NCBI RefSeq assembly: GCF_963921235.1
Contig: NC_086097.1
Coordinates: 89,158,001-89,222,000 of the forward strand
Origin: Mobula hypostoma
Taxonomy: Eukaryota
Length of the DNA stretch: 64,000 bases
Direction of reading: 5' to 3'
Shown here: in pieces, positions 24,751 to 36,434 of the stretch
How the letters are laid out: every line of letters begins with the position of its first letter
How positions within the stretch are numbered: the stretch's first letter is position 1
Notes under the pieces: model-generated
Told to the model about the DNA's origin: nothing
Databases searched by the model: none
Seen by the model: only the letters and a program-made list of their open reading frames with translations
Program-made: the position numbers and the translations under genes

Positions 24751-26039
24751 CTCCCGATCACCAACTTTGAAATCAGAAGATTTTCTTCTTCTGTGCTGAT
24801 AACAATCAACAGATTTTCTCAGTTGCACAAATGGTCTATTTGTGAGGTTCCATCCACTATTGCCTGGAAAACCTTGGACAAAGACTTGGGCTCCATAAAT
24901 AACTTTGCATATTGGTCGAGTCCCCTGTATGGGTCGATGTGAGGGGAAAATTGCAGGACGCTTAAGAACATTGATGTATGAAGAGGTCATGAAGTTCATA
25001 GCTTCCTGAAAGCAGCAGCATTGGTATGTTCAATGGCATGCTCACCTTCATTGGTCATGGCATTGAGTACAAGGTTCAGGAAGTCATGTTGTAGGTGTTT
25101 AAAACCTCAGTTCGGCCACATTCAGTTGTGGTCTTCCATCACAGGAAGGATGTCAAGACTTTGGAGGGGGTGCAGAAGAGGTTCACCAGGGTGTTGCCTG
25201 GATTTGAGGTCATTAGTGTTAAGGAGAAGTTGAAAACTCGGAGGACTGTTTTTTGGAATGTTGGTGACTGAGAAGAGACCTGATAGAAGTGTGATCTGTT
25301 AACCTGGTATTTGACTTATCACCTTTTGCACTGGGCTGGTTGTGCATGGGTGGTCCGTTGTTTCTGTGGAGCTAGGCTATACACTGCACACAAGGGGCAA
25401 CTGTCATAGGACACGTGTTAGCTGAAGTGAAATCAAACAAGGAAATTCCTGTGATTGTATGGTGCAATTATATTGTTATTAGCTCTATTTCAATATGTTC
25501 ATTCCAACTTGCTAGTTTTGATGCTCTGTACATGATGGCAAAGGGTGCACTGCATTTAGTGTTGGAGAATGCAGAAACAACAATGACTTCTGGAATAAAT
25601 GGAGTATCGGTCTGCTGCTGACCTCTTAGTGTTACAAGCGAAACTAGATTGTTATTGCTGGCCACACCCTTTGCACAATAAATGTTTTTGCAATCTGCAT
25701 TCTCTGTTCAGTGCCTCGAAAATTGTCAGGTTAAGACACTGCACTCCAAGCAGTGATTTTGTTAATCAGGATGCAAATAGTGAGGCATGTTGGTCTGACA
25801 TGGCCACAATAGGCGCTGCAAACTGCTGCCAAGAAAATATTTGTTCTGCGAGATCTAACAATATTTAAAGATGAGATAACCTTTTAAGTGGTAGTCATCT
25901 GTCAAATTAGTCACTTACAAATGATTTAGTCTTGCAGACACAGCTATTGAAGGCACATCTTTCCCTCCTCCAGGAACTTTGGTGATTTGTGCCATTAGTG
26001 TTCGAAAGGGTGCATCCTCTGAAATGGGGGGAAAAGAGG

Positions 26040-28390
26040 GATGTTATCTGGGAGCACGTGTGAATTAGCAGAGAGAAGTTTTTGGAAGCCAGGAAGTGCA
26101 TTAAGGTGGATAAATCCCCAGGGCCTAACCTGGTGCATTCAGACACCTTGTGGGAACCTAGAGAAGAAATTGTGGAGGCCCTTGCAGAAATATTTACTTA
26201 ATCTCTGGCCACAGGAGTTGCTCCGGAAGACTGGGAAGTGATAATGTAGCACAATTGTCTAAAATAGGTAATAAAACCAAAATTAGGAAACTGCAGACAT
26301 CGACATTGATGGTGGGTAAGTTACTGCAGGGGATTCTCCAAGACAGGATGTACCAACATTCAGAGACAGAGCCTCATTCAGGATAGTCAGCATGGCATTG
26401 TACGTAAGAAGTCATATCTAACAAGTCTCTTGGAATTCTTCAGGGAGGTAATGAAGACCTTAAATGAGGTTAGGGCAGTTGATGTTGCTTATATGAACTT
26501 TAATAAGGCCCCTCTTGGCAGAGAAGGCTGGAAGGTTACATCACATGGGTTCCAGGGGAGGTACCGAATTGAATTCATAAATGGGTACAGAATTGGATTC
26601 ATTAGAGGGTGATGGTCAAGGGTTGTTTCTCAGACTGGAGGCCTGAGAGTGGAGTGGTGTGGCATGAGGGTCTATGCTGAAATCTTTGGTGCTTGTAATT
26701 TATATAAATCATTTGGATGCGAATATAGAAGGCGTGGATAATACTAAAATTGTAGATAGTGTGGTTGAAGGTTAAGAAGAATTATAGTGGATGATGATCA
26801 GCTAGGTATGTGGGCTTTGGACTGGCAAAAGGCTTTTGATCCAGATAAATGTGAAATATTGCATCTGAGGAGATCAGACCAGTTTAGAACTTGTATAATG
26901 AGTAATAGGGTCCTGGGGAGCTCTATGGAACAGAGGCACCTAGGAAGACAAGTGTATAGTTCACTGAAAGTGGCTTCTCAGGTAAACAGTGTGGAGAAGA
27001 ATGCATTTGGCATGCTAACCTAATTTAATACACTCAGTAAGTGTATTGAGTATAGGAGCAACAAACAATCTTCTGGAAGAACTCAGCAGCTTAAGCAACA
27101 TCTGTTGGAGGAGCTTGTCAATCTGCTCCTGATTCCAGCATCTTCAGTCTCTTGTGACTCAACTGAGCATGGGAGTTGGGAAAGTTATGTTGCAATTGTA
27201 TAAGATGCTGATAAGTGCAACTAGAATACCTGGTCACCCTCTTATAGGAAATATGTTATTAAACTAGAAAGTGTGCAGAAAAGATTTAGATTAGATTATG
27301 AGGACACACAGTCCTCGCTTATTGTCATTTAGTAATGCATGCATTAAGAAATGAGACAATGTTCCTCTGGTGTGATATCACAGAAACACAGGACAGACCA
27401 AGACTGAAAAACTGACAAAAACCACATAATTATAACATATAGTTACAACAGTGCAAGCAATACCCTAATTTGATGAAGAGCAGACCATGGGCACGGTAAA
27501 AAAAAAGTCTCAAAGTCTCTCGAAAATCCCACCATCTCATGCAGACAGGAGAAGGAAGAAAACTCTCCCTGCCATGAGCTTCCAGCATTGCAAACTTGCC
27601 AATGCAGCATACTGGAAGCACCTGACCACAGTCTGACTCTGAGTCCGTCCGAAAACTTTGAGCCTCCGACCAGCCCTCCGACACTGAACACCATCTCTGC
27701 CAAGCGCTTCGACCCCAGTCCCGGCCGCCAGCCACAGGCAAAGCCGAGGATTTGGGGCCTTCCCCTCCGGAGATTCTCGACCGCACAGTGGCAGCGGCAG
27801 CGAACTGGGCATTTCAGAAGTTTCTCCAGATGTTCCTCCGTGCTTCTCACGTCTGTCTCCATCAAATCAGAATTGTGCATGGCATCCTACTTACAAATAC
27901 GATATCATTCACCGGAGAGGTCGCACGCACTGCGTTGCGCCACCATCTTCTCCTCCCTCCTCAAGAATGTCAAGATTTACAAGAATGTTGCCTAGAATTG
28001 GGGACTTGGGTTACAAACTAGGACTTCCTTCCCTGGAAGGAAGGAGATTGATTGAAGTATGTAAGTTCATGAGGGGCTTATATGGAGAAGAGACACATAG
28101 TCTTTTTTCCCAGGTTGAAGACACTAAAAACAGGAGACCTAGGTTTAAAATGGACAACAGGGGCAGCTTCTTCATGCAATAGGTGGTACACTTTTGGAAT
28201 AAGCAGCCATCAATCATGGTTGAGATGGGCATATCAGCAATGATTAAGAGCTCTCTAGATAATACATGGATTAAAGAAGTTCAGAGTGCTCTGGGCCCAA
28301 CACAGGCTGATGTAACTAGCCCGCTGCAACACGGTTGGTTGACGTGGGCAAGTTGGGAGGAAGAGCTTGCTTCCGTGCTGTATAACTGAA
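26040..28390 (+). mobile_element. Old CR1 ORF2 relic interrupted by two insertions
   Basis: DKSPGP, VDVAYMNFNK and RFTRMLP motifs. Insertions at about 27058-27160 and 27289-27971. Confidence 0.8.
27289..27960 (-). mobile_element. Short non-autonomous retroposon, apparently full length (about 670 bp)
   Basis: Inserted into a CR1 with AAGATTTA on both sides (27281-27288, 27972-27979). - strand starts GGAGGGAGGAGAAGATGGTGGCG and ends in (TCTAA)n. Confidence 0.8.
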
Positions 28391-28496
28391 TCTGCTCTGC
28401 TGCTGTAACCTACTCTCAATTCTCCACCTGTGAAGCTGGATTACAAATTTGTGTTTGTATATTGTTCTTGACCTACTACTACACGCAGAAGAATTA

Positions 28497-29398
28497 CAGT
28501 TAGCACTCCTTATCCGCGAGGGATTGGTTCTGGGACCCCTCGCGGATACCAAAAAACATGGATGCTTAAGTCCCTTATTCAACCTGGCTCAATGCGGTGG
28601 ACCTTAGGACCCAGCGAAACCCCGGACCTTAATTGCAGTGGACATTAGGACCTGGTGGCGGAGCTCTCAATCTGCAGTGTTTCTGTTCATGAAAATAATC
28701 ACGATCACGATTGAAAATAAAGTGGAAATAATAAAGAGATCGGAAGGAGGTAAAACGCCATCAGTCATTGGAAAAGCGTTAGGCTACAGTCAGTCAACGA
28801 TCGGAACAATTTTAAAGGATAAAGTGAGAAAGGTCTTGCCCTGATGAAAGCTACAATTATTACTAAGCAACACAGTGGTTTAATTATTGAGTTTTGGGGT
28901 TTTGGGTTTTTGATCCTCCACATCAAACTGGCACGGATGGAGAGCGCGCTCGGGAGCGGTCTGTCACTGGATTGAACTCGGGAACTTCTGTTCCTGAGCC
29001 CGGCGCTGAAACATACGTTTCTTAAGTGTTTTATATGCATAGAAAGGTATAATATATACTATATACTAAGACGAACGTTTGACTAACTGACGCTAAATAA
29101 TACTGGATGTACCTGTTCTGACTTAATAAGGGAACTTCCGGTTTTTTTCTATCCCGATCCACGATAACCTACGCACATCCTCCTGTATACTTTAAAACAT
29201 CTCTAGGTTACTTATAATACCTAATACAATGTAAATACTATGTAAAATAGTTGCTAAACTGCATTGTTTAGGGAATAATGAAAAGAAAAAAAATCTGCAC
29301 ATGCTCGAACAAGTGCTGGAAGAGCACTTCCGGGTTTTCTAGATTCGCGGTTGGTTGAATTTGCGCATGCGGAACTCGCGGATAAGGAGGGCCGACTG
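28497..29398 (+). mobile_element. Tigger/pogo non-autonomous DNA transposon, MER2-like
   Basis: TA flanks. TIR CAGTTAGCACTCCTTATCCGCGAG versus CTCGCGGATAAGGAGGGCCGACTG. Internal CENP-B/psq-type HTH remnant ITIENKVEIIKRSEGGKTPSVIGKALGYSQSTIGTILKDK at 28700-28825. Confidence 0.9.
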
Positions 29399-31194
29399 TA
29401 CGCTGGAGCATAATTAGAATTTAATGTTGTGCTGTGTAGGTATGAAGCTTATCAACCACTTTATCAAAGTGATGTTTTAAGGTGTGTCTTCAAGTGTGAG
29501 GGCAAAGGGAGGAAGAGAGAATACAGAGGAGTTTAGGAGGAGAACCAGAACCCAGACAGCTGACTTAAGTGCTAGTAGGGCAGATGAATTTGGGGAAATA
29601 GTCTAAAACATATCAGAAAAATGGACAATTCCCGTTGCCAGGAGCTTTTCGCTGTCGTAGGAAGCAGGGATCTGCTGAGGCAGAGTAATCCGAGCAGAGA
29701 TAGTGTGTTGTTTTCCTGCATTTGTTTCTCATAACTATGTTTGTACACTATTGATGTTCCCATTTCAATCAAAGCATTCTGGTGTTCGTTTCCTGGATAT
29801 AGGGCCAGAGGAGATGTTGGGAAGGATGTGACTTTCAGTACTGGAGATTGGGAGCCAATCTAAGTGCTGGCTCAATGGGATCTGGGCAACAGAGTGTTAG
29901 CGTCATTGGAGCATAAGTGATGGGATGCTGGCCGGGGGAGCTTTGAAATTGAGCTTAGATTTGATGCCAGGAGATACTGACGAGATTGAATCACAGTCTA
30001 GCTGTAGGAAATTAATGAAACTCCAGTGAAGCCCAGTTAACTTGATATTAACCCGGGAGTGAATTGGAGATTTGCATAATCAGTGTAACAGTGAGTAGAA
30101 GACTTCCGAAAAAGCTCTTAAAATCATAGCATTATACAGCATGAAACCAAGCACTTTAGCCTAGCTGGTCTATGCTGACCAAGACGCCCACCTAGGCTAG
30201 TCCCATTCACTGGCGTTTGGCCCATAATCTTCTAAACCTTCCCAATCCATGTACTTCAATTCTCTTTTAAAGTTGTTATTGTACCTGCATCAACCACTTC
30301 CTCTGACAGCACATTACATATAAATACCATGCTTTGTGTTAAAGGAGTTGCCTCTCAGATCCTTCTTTATTTATTTATTTATATACAGCACGAGCCTCTC
30401 GGTTAATGGTAAGGGTCCATAGCATAATATGGTTGGGGAACCCCCGAATTTTAGAGCTACTGCGTAGTAACAGGCCTTTCTAGCATAATTGCTCCCTTGT
30501 GACCAATTGCACCGCTAACCCATACGCCTTTGAAATGCGGGACAAAACTGGAGCACACTGAGGAAACGCACACGGTTACAGAGAGAACGTACAAACTCCT
30601 TACAGATAGCAGCAGGAATTGAACCCAGGTTTCCAGAGCTACAATGGTGGTTTGCTAACCATTGTGCTATTGTGCTGCTCCATTATTCTAAATCTTTCCC
30701 CTCTCATCTTAAACATATGCCCTCTAGATCTTGAATCCCCAATCCTGATAAAAAGACTGAGAGCGTTAACCCTCTCTATAGCTCTCACGATTTTATACAC
30801 CTCTATAAGATTGCTGCTCAATGGTCGGGTGACTATTGCCCAGTTGATTTTCAAATCAAGAGAAAAAACATCTGTGAGAGATTTGTATAGCAATTTCTCA
30901 AACTCAAGTTCATCTCAATGCACATTACAGCCAGTCCACACATTCTTCCATTTCCTAGGAAGATTACTGCGTTCCTTGAAAATGATACTGCAAAAGTTCA
31001 TGAGATTGATTTCTAGAATGAGCTGTATTGTGACAAAGTATTGAGTGGGATGGGTTCACTGGAGTTTAACTGAATGAGAGTGACTTCATGAGGACATTTA
31101 AGATCCTGAGAGAGATTGTCAATGTAGACGCAGGGAAGCTGCTTCCTCCGGCTGGCAAGTCTAGAGCAAAGGGGTACATTTTCATAGTTGGCGA

Positions 31195-33165
31195 GTAAGG
31201 CATGAGCAGAATAAGACCAGTCAGCCAATTGAATCTGTTCTGCTATTCAATCCTGGCTGATTTATTTTTCCTCTGAACCCCATTTTCCTGGCTTCTCCCA
31301 GTAAACTTTGACACCTGATTAATCAAGAACCTGTCAACATCCACTTTAAATACACAATGATTTGGGCTCCATAGCCATCCAGAGCAATGAATTCCACTGA
31401 TTCGACTTCTCAGGCTAAAGAAATTCCTCCACACCTCAGTTCTAAATGGACGTCCCTGTGTTCTGAGGCTGTGCTCTCTGGTCCTAGACTCACCTGCTAT
31501 AGAAAACAACCTCCCCACATGCACTCTATCAGGTCCTTCCGTTATTTGATAGGTTTCAATGAGATTCCACTCTCATTCTTGTAAATTCCAATGATTACAA
31601 GCCCAGAGTCATCAAATAGTCCTCATACATATTAACCCTTCCATTACCAAAATAATTCTTGTGAACTTCCTCTGGACCATTTCCAATGCCAGATACAGAA
31701 CCTAAAAATGCTCATAATAATCCAGGTGCAGTCTGATCAATGCCACATAAAACCTCAGCAACACACCCTTGTCCTTGTATTATAGTCCTCTCGAAATCAA
31801 AGTTGACGTTGCATTTACCTTCCTTACCACTGAATCACCTGCAAGTTAACCTTTAGGTAATCCTGCACAAGGACTCCCAAATTCCTTTTGCACTTCTGAT
31901 TTTTGAATTGTTCCTCATTTAGAAAATAATCTATGTCTTTATTCCTTATACGAAAGTACATGAGAATACAACTTCCCTACACTATATTCAATCTGTCATT
32001 TCTTTGCCCATTCTCCCAATCTGTCTAATTCTTTCCACGTACTCCCTGCTACCTCAACACCACCTGCTCCTTAACATATCTTCGTACCATCTGCAAACGT
32101 GGCCACAAAGCCATCAATTCCATCATCTGTCATTCCGTTAACATACTGTATAATGAGAAAAGAAGGAGTCCGATACTGAACCCTGTGGAACACTCTTTGT
32201 CACCAGCAACTAACCAGAAGAGAACCCTTTATTCACACTCTTTGCCTCCTACCAATTAGTCAATGCTGTATCCATGCTTGTATCTTTCCTGTAATAAACA
32301 TTGTCAAAGGACTACTGAAAATCCAAGTAAACAACATCCATTGAGTCTCCTTTGTTTATCCTGTCTGTTATTTCCTCAAAGAATTCCAACAGGTTTGTCA
32401 GGCAAGATTTCCCCTTCAGGAAACCATACTGACTTTGGCCTACTTTATCACACGCCTCCAAGAACCCCGAAACTTCATCCTTAGTAATGGACTCTAACAT
32501 CTTCCCAACCACTGAAGGCTGGCTATCTTGCCTATACTGGGAGTAATCCAGAGATTAATACCTTGGAGGTCCTGTTCTTCAGCATCTTTCCTAACTCCCT
32601 ACCCTACCCTTTCTACCCCTGTCATTGGTGCCAATGTGCACCACAACCTCTGGCTTCTCGCTGTCCCCCTTGAGAATCTTCTCTAGCTGCCCTGCTACAT
32701 CCTGGACCCCTGCACCAGGGAGGCAACGCTCCATCCTGGCTTCTCTTTTATGGCCACGGAATCTGCTATCCTTCCCTCTCAGTATCAACTATCACTTTCA
32801 CACTGCCTGACTTTGTACCCTTCCTTGCTGAGCCTCAGAACTGGCTGCAATGTCAGTGGTCTGGCTGCTGCTGCTGTGCCCTGATAGGTCATTCCCGACC
32901 CCCAGCTCCCCCCAGAACAGTACACAAAGGGATGTACCTGTTGCTGAGGGGAATGGCCTCAGGGGAATCCTATACTAGCTGCTTACTCCCCTTACTTTTT
33001 CAAGTGGTCATCTACCTACTATCTGAAGTCTGCACCCTTGGTGTGAACCCTTTGGTAAAAGTTTCATCTTTGAGGTTTTCAGCCTCCCAGATGGTCCTGA
33101 GTACATCGAGCTCCAGCTCCACTTCCCCAACTTTGTTGGTCAAGAGCTGAAGTTGGGCGCACTAA
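31195..33165 (-). mobile_element. Internally deleted CR1 LINE (ORF1 esterase + RT 3' part)
   Basis: CLPGAGVQDV..VVVHIGTND at 32591-32788 and CLTNLLEFFEE..VVYLDFQ at 32312-32512. CR1 tail at 31200. Confidence 0.85.
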
Positions 33166-33359
33166 GATGAGATGAGAAGTTATTTTCACTCAGGATTGTG
33201 AATCTTTACCACTCTTTTTCTCTGTGAGGTTGTGTAGGTTTATACACTTGGGGAAGTAGGAAGGGATGTAGAGCCGACAAGAAAGTGGGCTTGACCAATA
33301 ACTAACCTCAATCTTATTGCTGGAACATTATTAATGAGGTGCTTAGCCTCCAATTTCTA

Positions 33360-33710
33360 ATGAAATATGTTTGAAGTAAGGTCACTATTATGAGGCACTG
33401 TATGCCTGAAACAGCGCTGTGATTAATGAAAAGTCCTTCTGTTTGAGGGTTTATTAGTAAGAGAGTTATTCCTGGTCAGCGTACTGGGAGAGAACTCCTT
33501 CGATTATTTTCTATTTGGGTCTGAGGGTCACCTCAGAATATCATCTGTGTATGATTTACCCGTCTTACCCAAAAGGCAACGCCAGCAATCCTGTAGCACT
33601 CCCTCAGTACTATCATGTGAATATCAATTTGATTATGTCAACAAGTCTAATTTAAGACTTTGAACCAAGAAATTTTGACTCAAAAGTGAAAGTTCTACCA
33701 AATGAGGCAT
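33360..33710 (-). mobile_element. Ancient DeuSINE-like (SacSINE1/AmnSINE-related) element
   Basis: GTAGCACTCCCTCAGTACT...GACTTTGAACC..TTTTGACTCA..AGTTCTACCAAATGAG matches the recalled reverse-complement tRNA head plus Deu domain. Related copy at 62770-63085. Confidence 0.55.
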
Positions 33711-34710
33711 TTGGTATTAAAATTCAAATCAGACAACTGGGAGACTTATATTTGTTTCTGTTATGTTAACAAATAATTATTCCTTCACAATACAGGAAGA
33801 GGTCTTAGTTGTAATGGGTGGGGTATTGGGATTGGTCCAACCTTTGGGGAATTCCAATGTTCTACCACCCTCCCACGTATTCTTCCTTGTCTTTTGAAGA
33901 TGAAACCTGTTCAACGTTGATGGCTAGTATGAGGTAACTGGCAGTGAGAGTCTTGGACTGCACAGTTGCACCCTCGGAATTGTTGATTCTGTGGGAACAA
34001 GTTCGATGTCCTTTGTGTGTTTACCTTTGTGCCAACTGCTTTGACACTACAGAAGTTCAAGGTGGTGGGCCACACACAGGTGTCAGTGCTGGAGTTTTTA
34101 TTACTCAGCCTTTTATTTGGTCTTTTAAGGCTTTTTAGTGAAGTTCAATAGGACTGTACACACCAAGTAGAAAAGACCAGGTAATGTGGGAACATGGTAA
34201 TCAAAGTGTAACAAGATCGGCTTGTAGGTTCTGAGAAGAAATCCAGACTAGGATGTTCAAGGACCCAACAAATAATGCTTCATAGAAGGAGGCCGTGTAA
34301 GGTCTTATTTTCATGTTGTCTGAGTAGAGGCATCGAGACAAATGAGAAGTAAGCTTGCAAGAGCATACATCCTTGTAAGAGACAATAAACCTAGTCTAGA
34401 AAGATTGAGGGGTCATGTAGTGGACAACCAGCTCTTTTGAGGCTCATTTCTTTAGTGAAGAAAGACAGACTCTAACCAAAAGCCCAGGTGAATATTTGAA
34501 CCAATTCCCTCCTCAGACACAATGTAGTATACTCTGTCGCAGGGATTGAACTATTTACCTGTCAAGAAGCTGACATGATCGAGCATCCCCATTTCATTCC
34601 TGTCATATATTGTGTCTGTATGAATTTTTTAAACATTAATAAAAATGGCCCATTGTGTCTCTTTTATCCAGTCCTACCAATCTTGATATTTTTAATCTCT
34701 TCTTTTACAG

Positions 34711-34862
34711 GTGACAAACTGCCAGTGGCAAAAGCAGGAAGAGACCGAATTGTACAGCCAAATGAGGAAGTAACTCTGAGTGGGCTGGAGAGCAGAGATG
34801 ACTATAATATTAACAGTTTTGATTGGGATCTTGTCCAGGGAGATCCTTCAGTGAAGATAACG
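34711..34862 (+). CDS. SPINT1: SPINT1 exon, PKD-like internal domain N-half
   Basis: Acceptor TCTCTTCTTTTACAG|, donor ACG|GTAAGT. In frame with the previous exon: GDKLPVAKAGRDRIVQPNEEVTLSGLESRDDYNINSFDWDLVQGDPSVKIT. Phase 1 to 0. Confidence 0.93.
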
Positions 34863-35741
34863 GTAAGTGTCCAACAAGAAGAGAAATCTGCTCAATGAAT
34901 ATGCAACGGTGATTCAGTGCCTGCAAACAAGGGTTTCACTGGTTTCTGTTTGAAACTGTAATGTCCAAGTGATATTGACTTCTATGTTTACCCATTAATT
35001 TTTTCCTGCTGATATTTCCAAAACATTTTGTATCTTATTATGCATGCAAAATTGAAGTTATCAGTTGTTTTGATGAGATAAGCTCCTAGAGACAGGAGAG
35101 AAAATGGATTGCCCTGTACAATGAATTGAAATATTACTAGACAGCCTCCTCTTCAACTCTACCTCACCAAGCTCCTCATTTCAATATCTTCTGCAGTCCA
35201 TGCTCCTATCTTTCCCTTTGTCTCAGGTGAACCTCCAAGCATGTGACAGCACTGATCTATCCATGGAGTCCAATAGAATGTTCCTTGAAACACTTTCTGA
35301 ACCACATTGCCTCTAATATCATTAACCAACAGTGCCAACACTCTCCCCATTGACCTCAACCCCAACACCAAATCAACGCCACAGCTTCTCCCATACCTCT
35401 CAGCCTCTCTTGCCCACCCTAATGTCTTTCACCCTTGTAGCCCATCGCCACTGCTGCTGTATGTGGAGTCCAAGCCATTCTCAATTGTTGAGTCATCTTG
35501 GCAATATTTAACAATGCCATCCAAATTAGAGTAGGGTTCCAAATCCTACTCTGTCCTCTTGGCCTTGATACCCAGGATAATCATTGCTGGAGTTGTTCTG
35601 ACACCATCTGCTCCTAGTGCGTACCATAAACAAAATGGACTGGAATTACTTGATTCGACAACACTTGATCCCACACCCACAACCTTGACCACCAAAGAAG
35701 ACAAGGGCAACGGGTTTGTGGGAGCGTCACTGCCATCGGGT

Positions 35742-36045
35742 GGGTGACACAGTGACACAACCTGAAAGCTATTGCCTCATTGGTCCAGTGACTGGGGTTT
35801 GATCCTGACATGTGATGCTGTCTGTGTGGAGTTTACATGCGTCTCCCTGCAACTGTGTGTGTGTCCTCCCACATCAGGTTAGTGGGTAAATCAGTCATTG
35901 TACGTTGCCCGTGGTAAAGGGTAGAATCTGGGGCGGCTTGATGGGATTTGGAGAGAATTGGTCACAGGGAAAACTAGGGAGGTGTGATTGCTCTGTGTGT
36001 CAGTATAGACTTAATAGGCTGAATGGCCTCCTCTGGTATAAGGAA
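35742..36045 (+). mobile_element. tRNA-derived V-SINE-like element
   Basis: B-box-like GGTTTGATCC, then GTCTGTGTGGAGTTTACATG..CTCCC..TCCTCCCACATC and a CR1-like tail. Related decayed copies near 9800-10040, 10430-10660(-), 11375-11520, 30440-30680(-) and 51220-51470. Confidence 0.65.
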
Positions 36046-36434
36046 ATATAGAATTATGGTGCACATAGGATTGCTCTCAAAAAGATCGGGTCAGGTTCCT
36101 AAGACCTGGATGTGCACTAACCAAAGGAATAAAGGTTGACAAGTGAGCCTCTTGGATTTTGTTCTGCAACTGGTTAAGTTCACTCCTGATCTTCTATCCA
36201 ATATCCACTTCCCTGCCTGAACTCTGTGCTCAAAAGTCAGCCTTGTATGCTTAAAGGAACCTCCAGAACCTCCAGTATATAATTTCAAAGAATTACCATA
36301 CTCTGAGTCAAGAAATCTTTCCTCACTTCATTCATAAACAATGAGACTATGCTCTCTCCTTGGAACCACTCAGCCAAAGGACAGATTAAGCTTTGTGCCT
36401 TCCAGGATTCAGAGTGTGATGGGGTCATCGCTCA

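Noticed and set aside
18670..33915. GRHL-like AACCTGTT sites (near 18677 and 33905), since SPINT1 is a known GRHL2 target
   Set aside because: Isolated imperfect 8-mers are expected by chance in 64 kb, and no clustering or conservation data are available.
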